A DNA stretch of 64,000 nucleotides from Candidatus Vogelbacteria bacterium (GTDB lineage: Bacteria > Patescibacteriota > Minisyncoccia > Phycocordibacterales > XYD1-FULL-46-19). The notes under the pieces were generated by a model, which did not search any database, was not told where the DNA came from, and worked only from the letters and a program-made list of their open reading frames with translations. The stretch covers positions 9,867 to 73,866 of the forward strand of contig CAIPHT010000005.1 of assembly GCA_903864935.1 (NCBI GenBank), written 5' to 3'. A program made the translations under genes and the position numbers. Shown here one piece after another: positions 39,765 through 49,462 of this stretch; position 1 is the stretch's first letter; every line of letters begins with the position of its first letter.

Positions 39765-39807
39765 CTTTAGTGTGTCATAACTTCAAAATTCGTCAAGTAT
39801 AAAAACA

Positions 39808-39843
39808 CCGCCCAGGTTTCGGACTCACTTGAGGCCTGGGCGG
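39808..39843. repeat. palindromic element of the AAGTGAGCCC-loop family (intergenic)
   Basis: CCGCCCAGGTTTC-GGACTCACTT-GAGGCCTGGGCGG. Confidence 0.8.
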
Positions 39844-39859
39844 GGAGAGGAGAAATGGC

Positions 39860-40276
39860 TTAAATTAAAGATTTTTTGATAGCTTCTTGAGTCTCGGCAA
39901 AATCTTCTTTGGTATAGCCACCTTGGCCATGCCAATGGATGAAACCGTCGCCGTCGAAGCGGGGGATGAGGTGTACATGGGAGTGGAAGACGAGTTGGCC
40001 GGCAGCCGGTTCGTTATTCCAACCAATATTTAAGCCATCGGCTTTGGTTCCGTCTTTGATTGCTCTGGCCAGTTTTTGTAAGACTGGGCCTAGTTTGATG
40101 AGAAGTTCTGCGGGTAGGTCGAAGAGGTTGCGGTGGTGTGCCTTAGGTAAGAGCAAGGTGTGGCCAAGATTAACAGGGTTGATATCGAGAACGGCCAGCC
40201 AGTCGTTATCCTCATAAACTTTGTCAGCCGGGATATCGCCGGCGATAATTTTGCAAAAAATACAGTCTGTTTCCAT
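39860..40276 (-). CDS. HIT family protein
   Basis: DCIFCKI, GHTLLLPK, VFHSHVHLIPR. Confidence 0.95.
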   Translation of the reverse strand: METDCIFCKIIAGDIPADKVYEDNDWLAVLDINPVNLGHTLLLPKAHHRNLFDLPAELLIKLGPVLQKLARAIKDGTKADGLNIGWNNEPAAGQLVFHSHVHLIPRFDGDGFIHWHGQGGYTKEDFAETQEAIKKSLI

Positions 40277-40326
40277 AATTTTATATATTAGCTCTTATAT
40301 AGTATATTGTATAACAATAAAGACAA

Positions 40327-42081
40327 ATGATTAAGAAAAAATGGGCCCTGAGGAAGGCTATACCGAAGAAAGTTGAGAAAGAATTAACCAATTACCCCGA
40401 ACTTGTTCGGAAACTTCTTTTTTATCGTGGTATCACTACGGCCAAGGACGCCGAGCTCTATCTTAATCCCGACTATGAACGTGACCTTCTCGACCCATTT
40501 CTTATGCAAGATATGAAAAAGGGTGTCGATCGGCTACTGTTGGCGATTGAGAAGGGCGAGCGAGTTGTTATCTTTGGTGACTATGATGCTGATGGTATCC
40601 CCGGTTCGGCTATTCTCTCCTCGTTTTTTGACGAGGTTAAATTTACTAATTATGAAGTTTATATCCCCGATCGGCACAATGAGGCCTATGGTCTGAATGA
40701 GAAGAAGATTGGCGACTTTATCAAAGAAGGGGTCAAAGTCGTCATCACCATTGATTGCGGCATTACTGACGTGAAGGAAGTGGCGATGGCTCAAGCGGAG
40801 GGGATTGATGTGATTATTACCGATCATCACCTTGTCCCACCTATTGCCCCACCCGCCTTTGCCGTGATTGATGCGAAGCGTAGTGATGATGAATATCCTT
40901 ATAAACTTTTGGCTGGCGCGGGTGTCATGTTTAAATTTGTGTGCGCGGTGCTCGCGACCAAGCGCTTCGATCTCCCCGTTGGTTGGGAGAAATGGTTGCT
41001 CGACCTTGTCGCTATCGCCACAGTCTCGGATATGGTGGCGCTCACGGGAGAGAATCGAATGCTGGTCACCTATGGACTTAAAGTTTTGCGTCAGACTCGT
41101 CGCCTTGGCCTCCAGACCCTTCTCTCTCAAATCAAACTCCGCCCGGCGAATATTGTTGAAGATGACATTAGCTTTATGATTGGGCCGCGTATCAACTCGG
41201 CTAGTCGCATGTCGCACGCTTCGCAGGCTTATTATCTCTTAACCACTAAAGATCAAGCCGAGGCCCGGACTATTGCCGATCACCTTGAGGGGAAGAATCA
41301 AGAGCGCAAAGAGGCTGTTGAGAGAATTGTTAAAGATATTGGAGAAAAGTTGGACGGCTTAGCTAGTTTGCCCGAGATTATTGTGATGGGTTCGTCGGAT
41401 TGGGGCCTTGGTGTGCTTGGTATGACCTCGTCCAAAATAACCGAGAAATATGGTCGCTCCGTTTGGCTTTGGAGTAAGAATGACGCTGGGACGATTAAGG
41501 GTTCGTGTCGTTCTGATGGCTCACTCAATGTGGTGGAGGTGATGGCTGGTGCGGGCGATAAATTCTTCAATGATTTTGGCGGACATCCAATGGCGGGTGG
41601 CTTTTCTCTCTCTGGTGACAAAGGAAAAGATTTGGAGAAGAAGCTTGTCGCCTCAGCTAAAAAAGCGAAGAAAAAAGATGTCGTCACTGAGCTCTTGGCA
41701 GACGAAGAGCTTTCTCTTGATCAATTAACTTGGGAGACCTATAAATTGATAGAACCCATGGCTCCTTTTGGGATGGAGAATCCTAAACCCATCTTTTGGT
41801 TAAGAGCGATAGAAATTGACGAGGTAAAATATTTTGGTAACGGAGGTTTGCATCTAGAATTGATGTTTAAAAAGTCTGACGGGAAGAAGATTCCGGCCAT
41901 AGGATTTTTTGTGAGTCCTACTCCCAATGACCCAACCCATATTTTTGGTGATATTAAATTAGAGAAAGGGGAGAAGATTGACCTGCTGGTAACTCTTGAG
42001 AAATCAATGTTTAAAAATTATCCTGAATTGCGTTTACGTATCATAGATCTCAAAAAACCTGAGGGAAAAGTTAAGCCTTAA
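40327..42081 (+). CDS. recJ: single-stranded DNA exonuclease RecJ
   Basis: GDYDADG, TIDCG, TDHH, GPRIN, GGHPMAGG, PFGMENP. Confidence 0.96.
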   Translation: MIKKKWALRKAIPKKVEKELTNYPELVRKLLFYRGITTAKDAELYLNPDYERDLLDPFLMQDMKKGVDRLLLAIEKGERVVIFGDYDADGIPGSAILSSFFDEVKFTNYEVYIPDRHNEAYGLNEKKIGDFIKEGVKVVITIDCGITDVKEVAMAQAEGIDVIITDHHLVPPIAPPAFAVIDAKRSDDEYPYKLLAGAGVMFKFVCAVLATKRFDLPVGWEKWLLDLVAIATVSDMVALTGENRMLVTYGLKVLRQTRRLGLQTLLSQIKLRPANIVEDDISFMIGPRINSASRMSHASQAYYLLTTKDQAEARTIADHLEGKNQERKEAVERIVKDIGEKLDGLASLPEIIVMGSSDWGLGVLGMTSSKITEKYGRSVWLWSKNDAGTIKGSCRSDGSLNVVEVMAGAGDKFFNDFGGHPMAGGFSLSGDKGKDLEKKLVASAKKAKKKDVVTELLADEELSLDQLTWETYKLIEPMAPFGMENPKPIFWLRAIEIDEVKYFGNGGLHLELMFKKSDGKKIPAIGFFVSPTPNDPTHIFGDIKLEKGEKIDLLVTLEKSMFKNYPELRLRIIDLKKPEGKVKP

Positions 42082-42247
42082 AACATCTTGCATTTTCTTA
42101 ATAATTATGTTGTAATCTCGACAGACGAGGCTTAGTAGCCTCTTTTTATCTTTGGTCTCTGACAATTGAGGATACGACGCTCACGAAGCTTGTCTGCTTC
42201 GTGAGCGAGAAAATAAATGCTGAAACATAAGGTTAAGGAGAAAAGTT

Positions 42248-43108
42248 ATGGAGTCGAATGGAGAGACATTTCAATCTCAACCCCAACACAAGCCTGTGCC
42301 GGGTGCCCCAATTGCTGAGAAGATACATCCTCCCAAGAAGGGGGGATGGAGGGCGAAGCTACTCTTTGCCTTCAGTCGCCATCAGGACGAGAATTCGATC
42401 GTGTTCCACTCATACCCGAAGTTTGTTTTCTGCTGGCCGATCCTGTTCTTGGGTTTGGTCGGCTACTTGTGGAGTCTGGTGGGGACACCTCCGTCGGCTC
42501 TTTCCTGGGTCTATGTCTTGGCCATGACGGTGGTGCTTCTGGCCATTAGTTTCGACATGGGGCGCAACTGGGTGGCCATATGGTCCCTCGTCGTAATGGT
42601 TTTTGTGTTCTGTGCCCTGTGGTTGGGGTCGGTTTATGGGGTTCCCGTTTTTCGGACTATCGGCCACTGGCTGGGAACACGAGAGATGGATTATCCCGTG
42701 GGCCTGACCTCGACGATCAGCTTGATCCTTGCCCCGATATTTCTGGGCATGGTGATCTCTGTTCGACTCAATCAGAAATGGCGGATGACGCACAATGAGA
42801 TAGAACGTTTCGTGTTTTGGTCAAGCAGCGACTCTTTCGGGCGTGGGTCCAAACAGTTCACCTTTACCTTTCCGGACGTTCTCGAGCGACTACTGCTCTT
42901 CTCTGGGACGATTACAGTGAAGACGAACAATGGGAAGTTTCTGAAGGCCATCCCTGATGTTCCAGGACTAACGCTCAAGATGAGGAAGTTTGATCGTATT
43001 TTGGCTGCAGTGGCCATGTCTCCGCACCTTGATGAAGAGGATGATGGGGATCACGGTGACGCTGATGGCCACGACTCGGAAGATGAAAACAATGACGGCC
43101 ACGATTGA
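42248..43108 (+). CDS. membrane protein with acidic tail
   Basis: About 4 TM segments; AAGGAG RBS. Confidence 0.7.
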   Translation: MESNGETFQSQPQHKPVPGAPIAEKIHPPKKGGWRAKLLFAFSRHQDENSIVFHSYPKFVFCWPILFLGLVGYLWSLVGTPPSALSWVYVLAMTVVLLAISFDMGRNWVAIWSLVVMVFVFCALWLGSVYGVPVFRTIGHWLGTREMDYPVGLTSTISLILAPIFLGMVISVRLNQKWRMTHNEIERFVFWSSSDSFGRGSKQFTFTFPDVLERLLLFSGTITVKTNNGKFLKAIPDVPGLTLKMRKFDRILAAVAMSPHLDEEDDGDHGDADGHDSEDENNDGHD

Positions 43109-44078
43109 GCGCCCTCGGAAGAGGTTGAAAGGACAAACGCCAAACCTCATGGCCAAGCGAGAAGTCCCTTCGGACTTGGTTGACGCTTTGATGGCGTTGA
43201 CCCCGGCGAATGTCTGCAACCTTGCCTACAGCATGTACGTGTGTACGGCTGAAGAAGAAAAGGGTAAGGTCACTTCGATTGGGCGAACCGCTCGTGAGGC
43301 CGTTAAGGTCTTCGAGGCCCTTGAGAAATGGGTTGAGCGTCGTGGCGGACCGAGGGAGAAGAAATTTCTCTTCCTCATCCGCCTCTCGGCAGTGTCTTTG
43401 TCTCGTGGGCTATTTCGGCGCAAGCAGGAACAGCACGTTCGGACCGAGGCAGCTATCGAGGAACGAGCTCGCAGTATTAAGCAGGCCCAACTTTCGACGA
43501 GTCGAGGAGTCTTCCTCACAACTGCATGGAAGGCGGCTATGACCGGAGGTGTTGGCTTTCTCTTCGCGAAGACCTTTGCGCCGGATTTCTTGAGTGAATC
43601 TGGCCATGGTCCGACGGTCTTCTCTATGGGCGTCGGCTTTGCTTCTCTCTTGGCGTACTATTACTTCCGTTCCTTTTACCTGCAGAGGGTGGACCGGCGG
43701 ATATATACGCTCTATGAGATGGCAGAACGTTTTGCCGTTGAGGAGAATGAGGTCGGTTCGCGGGGTGAGTACATTCGTGCTCGACGTGAAGTGACCGAAG
43801 CTTGGAAGGGTTACTTTGGACATGCTCCTAAGGGTAACACTTTGGACTTTGGGCATGTGCTCGAGGACAATATCGAGCGTCGCCGTGATCATGAGCGCCA
43901 AATCCAGAGGGTTCGCATGGGTGAATGGTATTATTTCGTGACCTTTGTCTCGGCGACTTATCGCGAGGCAAGGAAGTTGCGGAAGACCGCCACGAAGGCC
44001 ACCAACGGCTGGCTCCAGAAGCGGCATCGCAAGCAGGAAGCTCTTAAGGTAGCTAAGGCGAAGCGAATCGAGAAGTGA
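43092..44078 (+). CDS. hypothetical protein with two central TM helices
   Basis: Overlaps the end of the previous gene; start uncertain. Confidence 0.62.
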   Translation: MTATIERPRKRLKGQTPNLMAKREVPSDLVDALMALTPANVCNLAYSMYVCTAEEEKGKVTSIGRTAREAVKVFEALEKWVERRGGPREKKFLFLIRLSAVSLSRGLFRRKQEQHVRTEAAIEERARSIKQAQLSTSRGVFLTTAWKAAMTGGVGFLFAKTFAPDFLSESGHGPTVFSMGVGFASLLAYYYFRSFYLQRVDRRIYTLYEMAERFAVEENEVGSRGEYIRARREVTEAWKGYFGHAPKGNTLDFGHVLEDNIERRRDHERQIQRVRMGEWYYFVTFVSATYREARKLRKTATKATNGWLQKRHRKQEALKVAKAKRIEK

Positions 44079-44160
44079 TATCCTCAATTAAGTACCGCCC
44101 CGGGCCAAATGGCACGGGGCGGTTTTCTGTTGTCTAGGAAGTTATTGAGCTGGAGAGAAA

Positions 44161-44544
44161 CTAGTGTCTGAAGTAGTAGATTGATTTGGACTTATTGCCC
44201 CCTAAGAACTCACGGCAGAATTTCTCGGCCTCCTTGTGATCGAAGAATTTGCAACTGAATATGTCGATGAAGGCACGATTGTCGTGTTGGTCGTCGAAGT
44301 GCATGGTAATACTCGAGGTCTCGATGAATTGCATGGCCGAGTGACCAGCGAGTTCCCCTTCGGCAAAGCGCTCGATCAAGGTTGGTCCGTGACGCTTCAT
44401 GTCAATATGCTTGCAGAGCTCAATGACGAACTTTTGGATTTCTTTTTTACTAGTAATCTTCTTGGGGTTGCATTTGTAGACATCGATGGAGGAAACCATG
44501 CCCCAACATTTTTTCTTATTATATTCTTGTTCGATTTTTTTCAT
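44161..44544 (-). CDS. S-adenosylmethionine decarboxylase family protein
   Basis: GHSAMQFIETSSITMH, FIDIFSCK. Confidence 0.8.
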   Translation of the reverse strand: MKKIEQEYNKKKCWGMVSSIDVYKCNPKKITSKKEIQKFVIELCKHIDMKRHGPTLIERFAEGELAGHSAMQFIETSSITMHFDDQHDNRAFIDIFSCKFFDHKEAEKFCREFLGGNKSKSIYYFRH

Positions 44545-44631
44545 TTTTTAGTGCGTTTTTAGTATAGTAGAAATGGCCAGAATTACAATAGAAAGTGTTG
44601 ATAACTTAGATGTCCTTGTTATAATAAAAAT

Positions 44632-45084
44632 ATGAATACAGACAAAATATTTATGTACACCGATGGCGGTTCACGTGGCAATCCGGGTCCGGCCGGTGCA
44701 GGGGTCTATATTTGCAATGAGAAGAAGGATGCGGTGCGTACGGCCAAACTTTTTTTAGGCAAGGTGACCAATAACGAAGCTGAGTATCAAGCGGTAATTT
44801 TGGGCTTAGAGACTCTTAAAAAAGTCTTTGGCAAAGATAAGATCAAAGATTTGCCGGTCGAGATTCGTATGGATAGCGAGTTGATTTGCCGGCAGTTAAA
44901 AGGGGAGTATCAGATAAAAGATGATAATCTGGCCAAACTCTTTATGAAAATTTGGAATGCCCGCGTCGCCGACTTCCATAACCTGTCCTTTGTGCATATT
45001 CCCCGCGAAGAGAATCATGAGGCCGACAAGCTGGCCAACGAAGCCATGGACGAGGGAAGTAATTCTCAGTCGGGGTTGTTTTAA
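44632..45084 (+). CDS. rnhA: ribonuclease HI
   Basis: YTDGGSRGNPG, TNNEAEY, DSEL, HIPREENHEADKLAN. Confidence 0.93.
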   Translation: MNTDKIFMYTDGGSRGNPGPAGAGVYICNEKKDAVRTAKLFLGKVTNNEAEYQAVILGLETLKKVFGKDKIKDLPVEIRMDSELICRQLKGEYQIKDDNLAKLFMKIWNARVADFHNLSFVHIPREENHEADKLANEAMDEGSNSQSGLF

Positions 45085-45093
45085 AAAAGAAAA

Positions 45094-46641
45094 ATGAGCA
45101 TGGCTAATTTGAGAAAAAATTTAGCCCTGCTCATATTTGGTTTTTTGAGCGGTGTCACCTTGGGTGGTCTTATCTCTTGGGCTTTGCCGTGGGTGGGGCT
45201 ATTTTTGGTTCTCGCTCTGGCTTTCTCGGCCCTGTTTCTCAAACTTAAGCGCCAAAAGCTTTTTTTAGCTCTCGCCATAATTTTTGTTGGAGTGATTCTC
45301 GGCCTGATTAGATTTAACTTTAGCCAAAAAACTGACCAAGCTTTGCCCGATTGCTCATCTTCGTCTAGGCCTTGCCTAGCCATGGTTGTCGCTGACCCAG
45401 ACCGGCGAGATGCTTCAACGAGGTTGGTGATTGAGCTTATGGAGTCCGAGTTTGTGAGAAGTCGTTTTTCAAGTGAGCCCGAAATGCGACTTCGCACGAA
45501 CTCGAGAGTTCTAGCTATTATTGACAACTTCACCGACTACTCTTACGGCGACAAAGTGGAGCTCGTTGGTAAAGTAGAAAAGCCTCAGAACTTTTTGACT
45601 GAACAAAACACCGTCTTCGATTATCAAAATTATTTATTAGTCCGCGGCATAGAACAAACAGTTTATCAGCCCAAACTTAAAATCATTTCTCGGGGTAACG
45701 GTTCTACTGTTAAGGCTGGTCTCTATTCTTTAAAAAATAATTTCTTAGGCAATCTTCGTCGTACTTTGCCCGAGCCGGCTGCCTCGTTAGCTGGCGGTCT
45801 CATCTTGGGGGACAAGGGCGGCTTAGGTAAGAAGACTGAAGATGAGTTTAGGCAAGCCGGGGTCTCGCACATTATTGTCCTCTCTGGCTATAACATTACG
45901 ATTGTGGCCGAGAGTGTGCTCTATTTCTTCGCTTGGCTCACACCGGCTTTCTCCTGGCTCCTTTCTATTGGTTCAATCTTTCTTTTTGTCCTGATGACCG
46001 GTGGCGAAGCTGCGGCCGTGCGCTCGGCGGTGATGGGCGCCATCGCGCTCATAGCAAGGCGTTATGGTCGCACCTATGATGCGGGAGTGGCCTTAATTGT
46101 TGCCGGCTTCTTGATGATAGTTTGGAATCCAAGGCTTCTCGCCTTCGACCTCGGCTTTCAACTCTCCTTCCTCGCCACATTGGGTTTGATATATTTGTCA
46201 CCCGTGGTGGAGAAGCTTTTGGATATCGGTTCGGGATTTCTGCGAAGTCGCATCTGGCTACGCGAGAAACGACTTCTCAAAAATCCCGAGCTTTTGAGAA
46301 GTTGGACTTCAAGAGAGCCCGAAGTCCAACTTCGCGGAAGCGGGGAGAAAAAGTTTAACAAGGATGTTTGGTCCGGTCTCAAAGAGCTCATCTGCACCAC
46401 CACCGGCGCCCAACTCGCCGTCTACCCTTGGCTCCTCTATAAAATGGGCAACGCTTCGCTCGTTGGTTTCATCTCCAACATCTTCATTCTCCCACCTATT
46501 CCCATTGCCATGTTCTTAAGTTTCTTAACGGGTATTACTGGTTTTATTTCCTCCTTCCTATCTCTTCTCATCAGTTATCCTACTTATTTCCTCCTCGCTT
46601 ATATCCTCAAAATGGCTCATATCTTTGCGAGTTTGTTATAA
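45094..46641 (+). CDS. comEC: ComEC/Rec2 competence membrane protein with in-frame palindromic inserts
   Basis: AGVSHIIVLSGYN, RSAVM, GFQLSFLAT. Confidence 0.92.
   Translation: MSMANLRKNLALLIFGFLSGVTLGGLISWALPWVGLFLVLALAFSALFLKLKRQKLFLALAIIFVGVILGLIRFNFSQKTDQALPDCSSSSRPCLAMVVADPDRRDASTRLVIELMESEFVRSRFSSEPEMRLRTNSRVLAIIDNFTDYSYGDKVELVGKVEKPQNFLTEQNTVFDYQNYLLVRGIEQTVYQPKLKIISRGNGSTVKAGLYSLKNNFLGNLRRTLPEPAASLAGGLILGDKGGLGKKTEDEFRQAGVSHIIVLSGYNITIVAESVLYFFAWLTPAFSWLLSIGSIFLFVLMTGGEAAAVRSAVMGAIALIARRYGRTYDAGVALIVAGFLMIVWNPRLLAFDLGFQLSFLATLGLIYLSPVVEKLLDIGSGFLRSRIWLREKRLLKNPELLRSWTSREPEVQLRGSGEKKFNKDVWSGLKELICTTTGAQLAVYPWLLYKMGNASLVGFISNIFILPPIPIAMFLSFLTGITGFISSFLSLLISYPTYFLLAYILKMAHIFASLL
45447..45504 (+). 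repeat. 58-nt palindromic element inside comEC
   Basis: Core identical to 6562-6607; outer stem differs but still pairs. Confidence 0.9.
46231..46341. repeat. two adjacent palindromic elements in opposite orientations inside comEC
   Basis: 46231-46289 is a reverse-strand variant; 46290-46341 is a forward variant with TGGAC/GTCCA stem. Confidence 0.82.
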
Positions 46642-46649
46642 TCAGAACA

Positions 46650-47504
46650 ATGAAATATCGCTGGGGCTTTATTTTTTTACTTTTAATTTTTACCGTCACT
46701 ACTTGGCTGGCGGTTTGGTATGAGACGCCGAGTAAGTATTTAACAGTAGACTTTCTTGATGTCGGCCAAGGCGATGCCATCTTAATCACGGCGCCCAACG
46801 GCAACCAAGTTTTGATTGATGGGGGTCCAGACCGGAGTGTGATACGCGCCCTTGGTCAAGCCATGCCCTTCTTTGATCACTCCATTGATCTTGTTTTAGA
46901 ATCTCATCCCGACCAAGACCATATTGGTGGTTTGCCCGAAGTCTTTGATCGTTATAATGTGGCTGGTTTTATTGAGCCACTCTTCACGGCCGAGACTTCT
47001 GTCTATAAAACTCTTGAGCAAGATGTAATAAAAGAAAAATCTTCGCACCTGATTGCAAAAAGGGGAACAAAAATTACTCTAAGCCCTGGCGTCTATCTCA
47101 GTATTATCGAAGCCCATCCTGCCACTTGGGGTCCGAGGGGAGGGAAGCCGGATTCTAATTATAGTTCGATTATTGCCAAGCTCACTTATGCCTCCACCTC
47201 CTTCCTCTTCATGGGTGATGCGTCTATTAAATTAGAGAATCAATTACTAACAGCTAAAAGCTCTGACCTAAAAGCTACGGTGCTAAAAGTTGCCCACCAT
47301 GGCGCGAAGAGCTCTAATTCCCTAGCTTTCTTCAGGGCGGTTAAACCAGAGCTGGCGATAATCTCTGTTGCGGAGAAGAACCGCTATAACCACCCAAGCC
47401 CCGAGACTATCGGTTGGCTAAAAATGGCCGGCATCCAAACTCTCCAAACCAAGGACCTCGGCACCATCAAACTAAAATCCGACGGTATTAGTGTCGGATT
47501 TTAG
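46650..47504 (+). CDS. ComEC-associated metallo-beta-lactamase-fold protein
   Basis: FLDVGQGDA, SHPDQDHIGG, KVAHHG, YNHP. Confidence 0.92.
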   Translation: MKYRWGFIFLLLIFTVTTWLAVWYETPSKYLTVDFLDVGQGDAILITAPNGNQVLIDGGPDRSVIRALGQAMPFFDHSIDLVLESHPDQDHIGGLPEVFDRYNVAGFIEPLFTAETSVYKTLEQDVIKEKSSHLIAKRGTKITLSPGVYLSIIEAHPATWGPRGGKPDSNYSSIIAKLTYASTSFLFMGDASIKLENQLLTAKSSDLKATVLKVAHHGAKSSNSLAFFRAVKPELAIISVAEKNRYNHPSPETIGWLKMAGIQTLQTKDLGTIKLKSDGISVGF

Positions 47505-47520
47505 CAATGTCTTTTTGAAT

Positions 47521-47739
47521 TTATTTTGCCTTAACTTTAGCAGAAGTAACCGTGAGATTCTTGCCAGCCTTTAAACATCGGGTGCAAAGCTTAATGCGGG
47601 AACCGTCGGCGGTTTTGCCCCATTGCAAGTTAGGCTGCTTGCGCTGCTTAGGGATGGGGTTATATTTGGTCGCGCGCACGCGGTTGGAGTAACCACCAAC
47701 CATGAGGGAACCTTTGTCGCAAATTAAACAAGTTTTCAT
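47521..47739 (-). CDS. rpmB: 50S ribosomal protein L28
   Basis: CLICDK...QPNLQ...KLCTRCLK. Confidence 0.85.
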   Translation of the reverse strand: MKTCLICDKGSLMVGGYSNRVRATKYNPIPKQRKQPNLQWGKTADGSRIKLCTRCLKAGKNLTVTSAKVKAK

Positions 47740-47804
47740 ATAAGTGGTTACATGCTATCATTATATAGTTAATTTGGCAACCCTTTAATCTTTATCTATA
47801 AATT

Positions 47805-48425
47805 ATGGACGTTATATCATTAAGTTTTATATTCTCCTTGGCCATTTTGGTCATTTCGGTCATTGTTCATGAGGTCTCTCATGGCTGGATGGCCTATGTT
47901 TTGGGTGACCCAACGGCCAAATTGGCGGGGCGCTTAACTCTGAACCCGATTCCTCATATTGACCCGATTGGTTCTATTCTTGTCCCTCTTGTCTTGTCTC
48001 TTATCCCTGGGGGTATCGTTTTTGGCTGGGCCAAGCCGGTGCCTTATAACCCCTACAACCTCAAGGCGGGGAAGTATGGTCCGGCTTATGTGGCGGCCGC
48101 TGGTCCCGCTTCCAACTTGCTCTTGGCTTTGATCTTTGGTCTTCTTATCCGTTCTGGTATTGCCGTCGCCTACTTGGGAGCCTCGGTAACTCCCATACTT
48201 TCGGCCATTGTAATTATTAATATAATGTTGGCCCTCTTCAACCTCATTCCGGTCCCACCCCTTGATGGCTCCACCATCCTCTTCTCGGCCTTGCCTTATC
48301 GTTCGCGGATTGCCCATTTCTTCTCCCGTTATCAAATTATTGTTATTTTGGCCGTCATCCTCGCCGCCGGCGCTATTATCGACAAGCTTGTCGGCTCTAT
48401 CTATTACCTAATCACGGGGCTATAG
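47805..48425 (+). CDS. site-2 protease (M50)
   Basis: HEVSH, GWAKPVP, AAAGPASN, FNLIPVPPLDG. Confidence 0.93.
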   Translation: MDVISLSFIFSLAILVISVIVHEVSHGWMAYVLGDPTAKLAGRLTLNPIPHIDPIGSILVPLVLSLIPGGIVFGWAKPVPYNPYNLKAGKYGPAYVAAAGPASNLLLALIFGLLIRSGIAVAYLGASVTPILSAIVIINIMLALFNLIPVPPLDGSTILFSALPYRSRIAHFFSRYQIIVILAVILAAGAIIDKLVGSIYYLITGL

Positions 48426-48440
48426 AAATTCACCTAAAAA

Positions 48441-48476
48441 CCCGCCAGGCCTCGGGCTCACTTGAGGCCTGGCGGG
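48441..48476. repeat. palindromic element of the AAGTGAGCCC-loop family (intergenic)
   Basis: CCCGCCAGGCCTC-GGGCTCACTT-GAGGCCTGGCGGG. Confidence 0.85.
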
Positions 48477-48600
48477 GGAGAAAGGGGGAGTTTTTGCCCT
48501 TGACAGAAATAACCTGTTATGCTATACTAGACGTTAGGTAAGGTAATATTTGGTGTTCTCTACAAAAGGCCTTTTGGCCAGAAAATAAGGAGATAGAGTC

Positions 48601-48888
48601 ATGAGCCGAGAGGAGCAATTTGCTCAGATTTTGGAACGTGTGTGTGGTCGCAACATCGGTTGCCTTGTCTGCTATGCGGGTAGCCACGGAAACTGGTTGG
48701 TGGAACTCCAAGACGCGCTTGAAGACATGGGCGTGTCGGTAGAGGAGTTCGCCTCGACCCGCAGCGACCAAGCAGGAATTTTGTTCACTGTCACTCGGGG
48801 CCGCCTCAGGTTGCTTCACCCCGGCCAGTGCGTCGACTCCAAGGCGATCATGAGCATTTTTCTCCGGCTCGAGAAGGCAGAGGATTAG
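48601..48888 (+). CDS. hypothetical protein
   Basis: TTGACA-17 nt-TATACT promoter, AAGGAG RBS, downstream terminator. Confidence 0.6.
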   Translation: MSREEQFAQILERVCGRNIGCLVCYAGSHGNWLVELQDALEDMGVSVEEFASTRSDQAGILFTVTRGRLRLLHPGQCVDSKAIMSIFLRLEKAED

Positions 48889-49015
48889 GCTCAAACACCG
48901 CCCACAACGGAAAACCGTTGGAGGGCGGTTTTCTTTTTGCCCAAACAGTTGCATTTTCTAAGCATTTATATTAAAGTAGTGCTTACCTGGCCGAGAGGTC
49001 ATTTTTATTGTATTT

Positions 49016-49447
49016 ATGCCAACAATCAATCAATTAATTAGGAAGCCTCGCAAAATCGTTAAGCGCAAGTCTAACACGGTGGCTTTGGAGCGTGGTTTTA
49101 ATACTATCAAGAACAAGCCTGTTTTTTACCCATCACCTTTCAAACGAGGTGTCTGTTTGCAGGTTAAGACTACTACCCCTAAGAAGCCTAACTCCGCTTT
49201 GCGTAAGATTGCCCGTGTGCGTTTGACCAACGGTATGGAAGTGACCGCCTATATCCCAGGTGAGGGCCACAATTTGCAAGAGCACTCCGTCGTCATTATC
49301 CGTGGCGGTCGTGTGAAGGACTTGCCAGGTGTTCGTTACCACATTGTTCGCGGTCTCTTGGATACCGCTGGTGTAGAGAAGCGCCGTCAGGGCCGTTCTC
49401 TATATGGTAACAAGCGTCCTAAGGCTGGTGATGCCAAGAAGAAATAG
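49016..49447 (+). CDS. rpsL: 30S ribosomal protein S12
   Basis: [20 protein letters not shown]. Confidence 0.99.
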   Translation: MPTINQLIRKPRKIVKRKSNTVALERGFNTIKNKPVFYPSPFKRGVCLQVKTTTPKKPNSALRKIARVRLTNGMEVTAYIPGEGHNLQEHSVVIIRGGRVKDLPGVRYHIVRGLLDTAGVEKRRQGRSLYGNKRPKAGDAKKK

Positions 49448-49462
49448 TATATTAAATAAATC

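Noticed and set aside
39240-39800. tmRNA, RNase P RNA or SRP RNA
   Set aside because: No tRNA-like ends with T-loop, no GAGGAAAGTCC, no SRP GGAA/AGCAG loop recognised.
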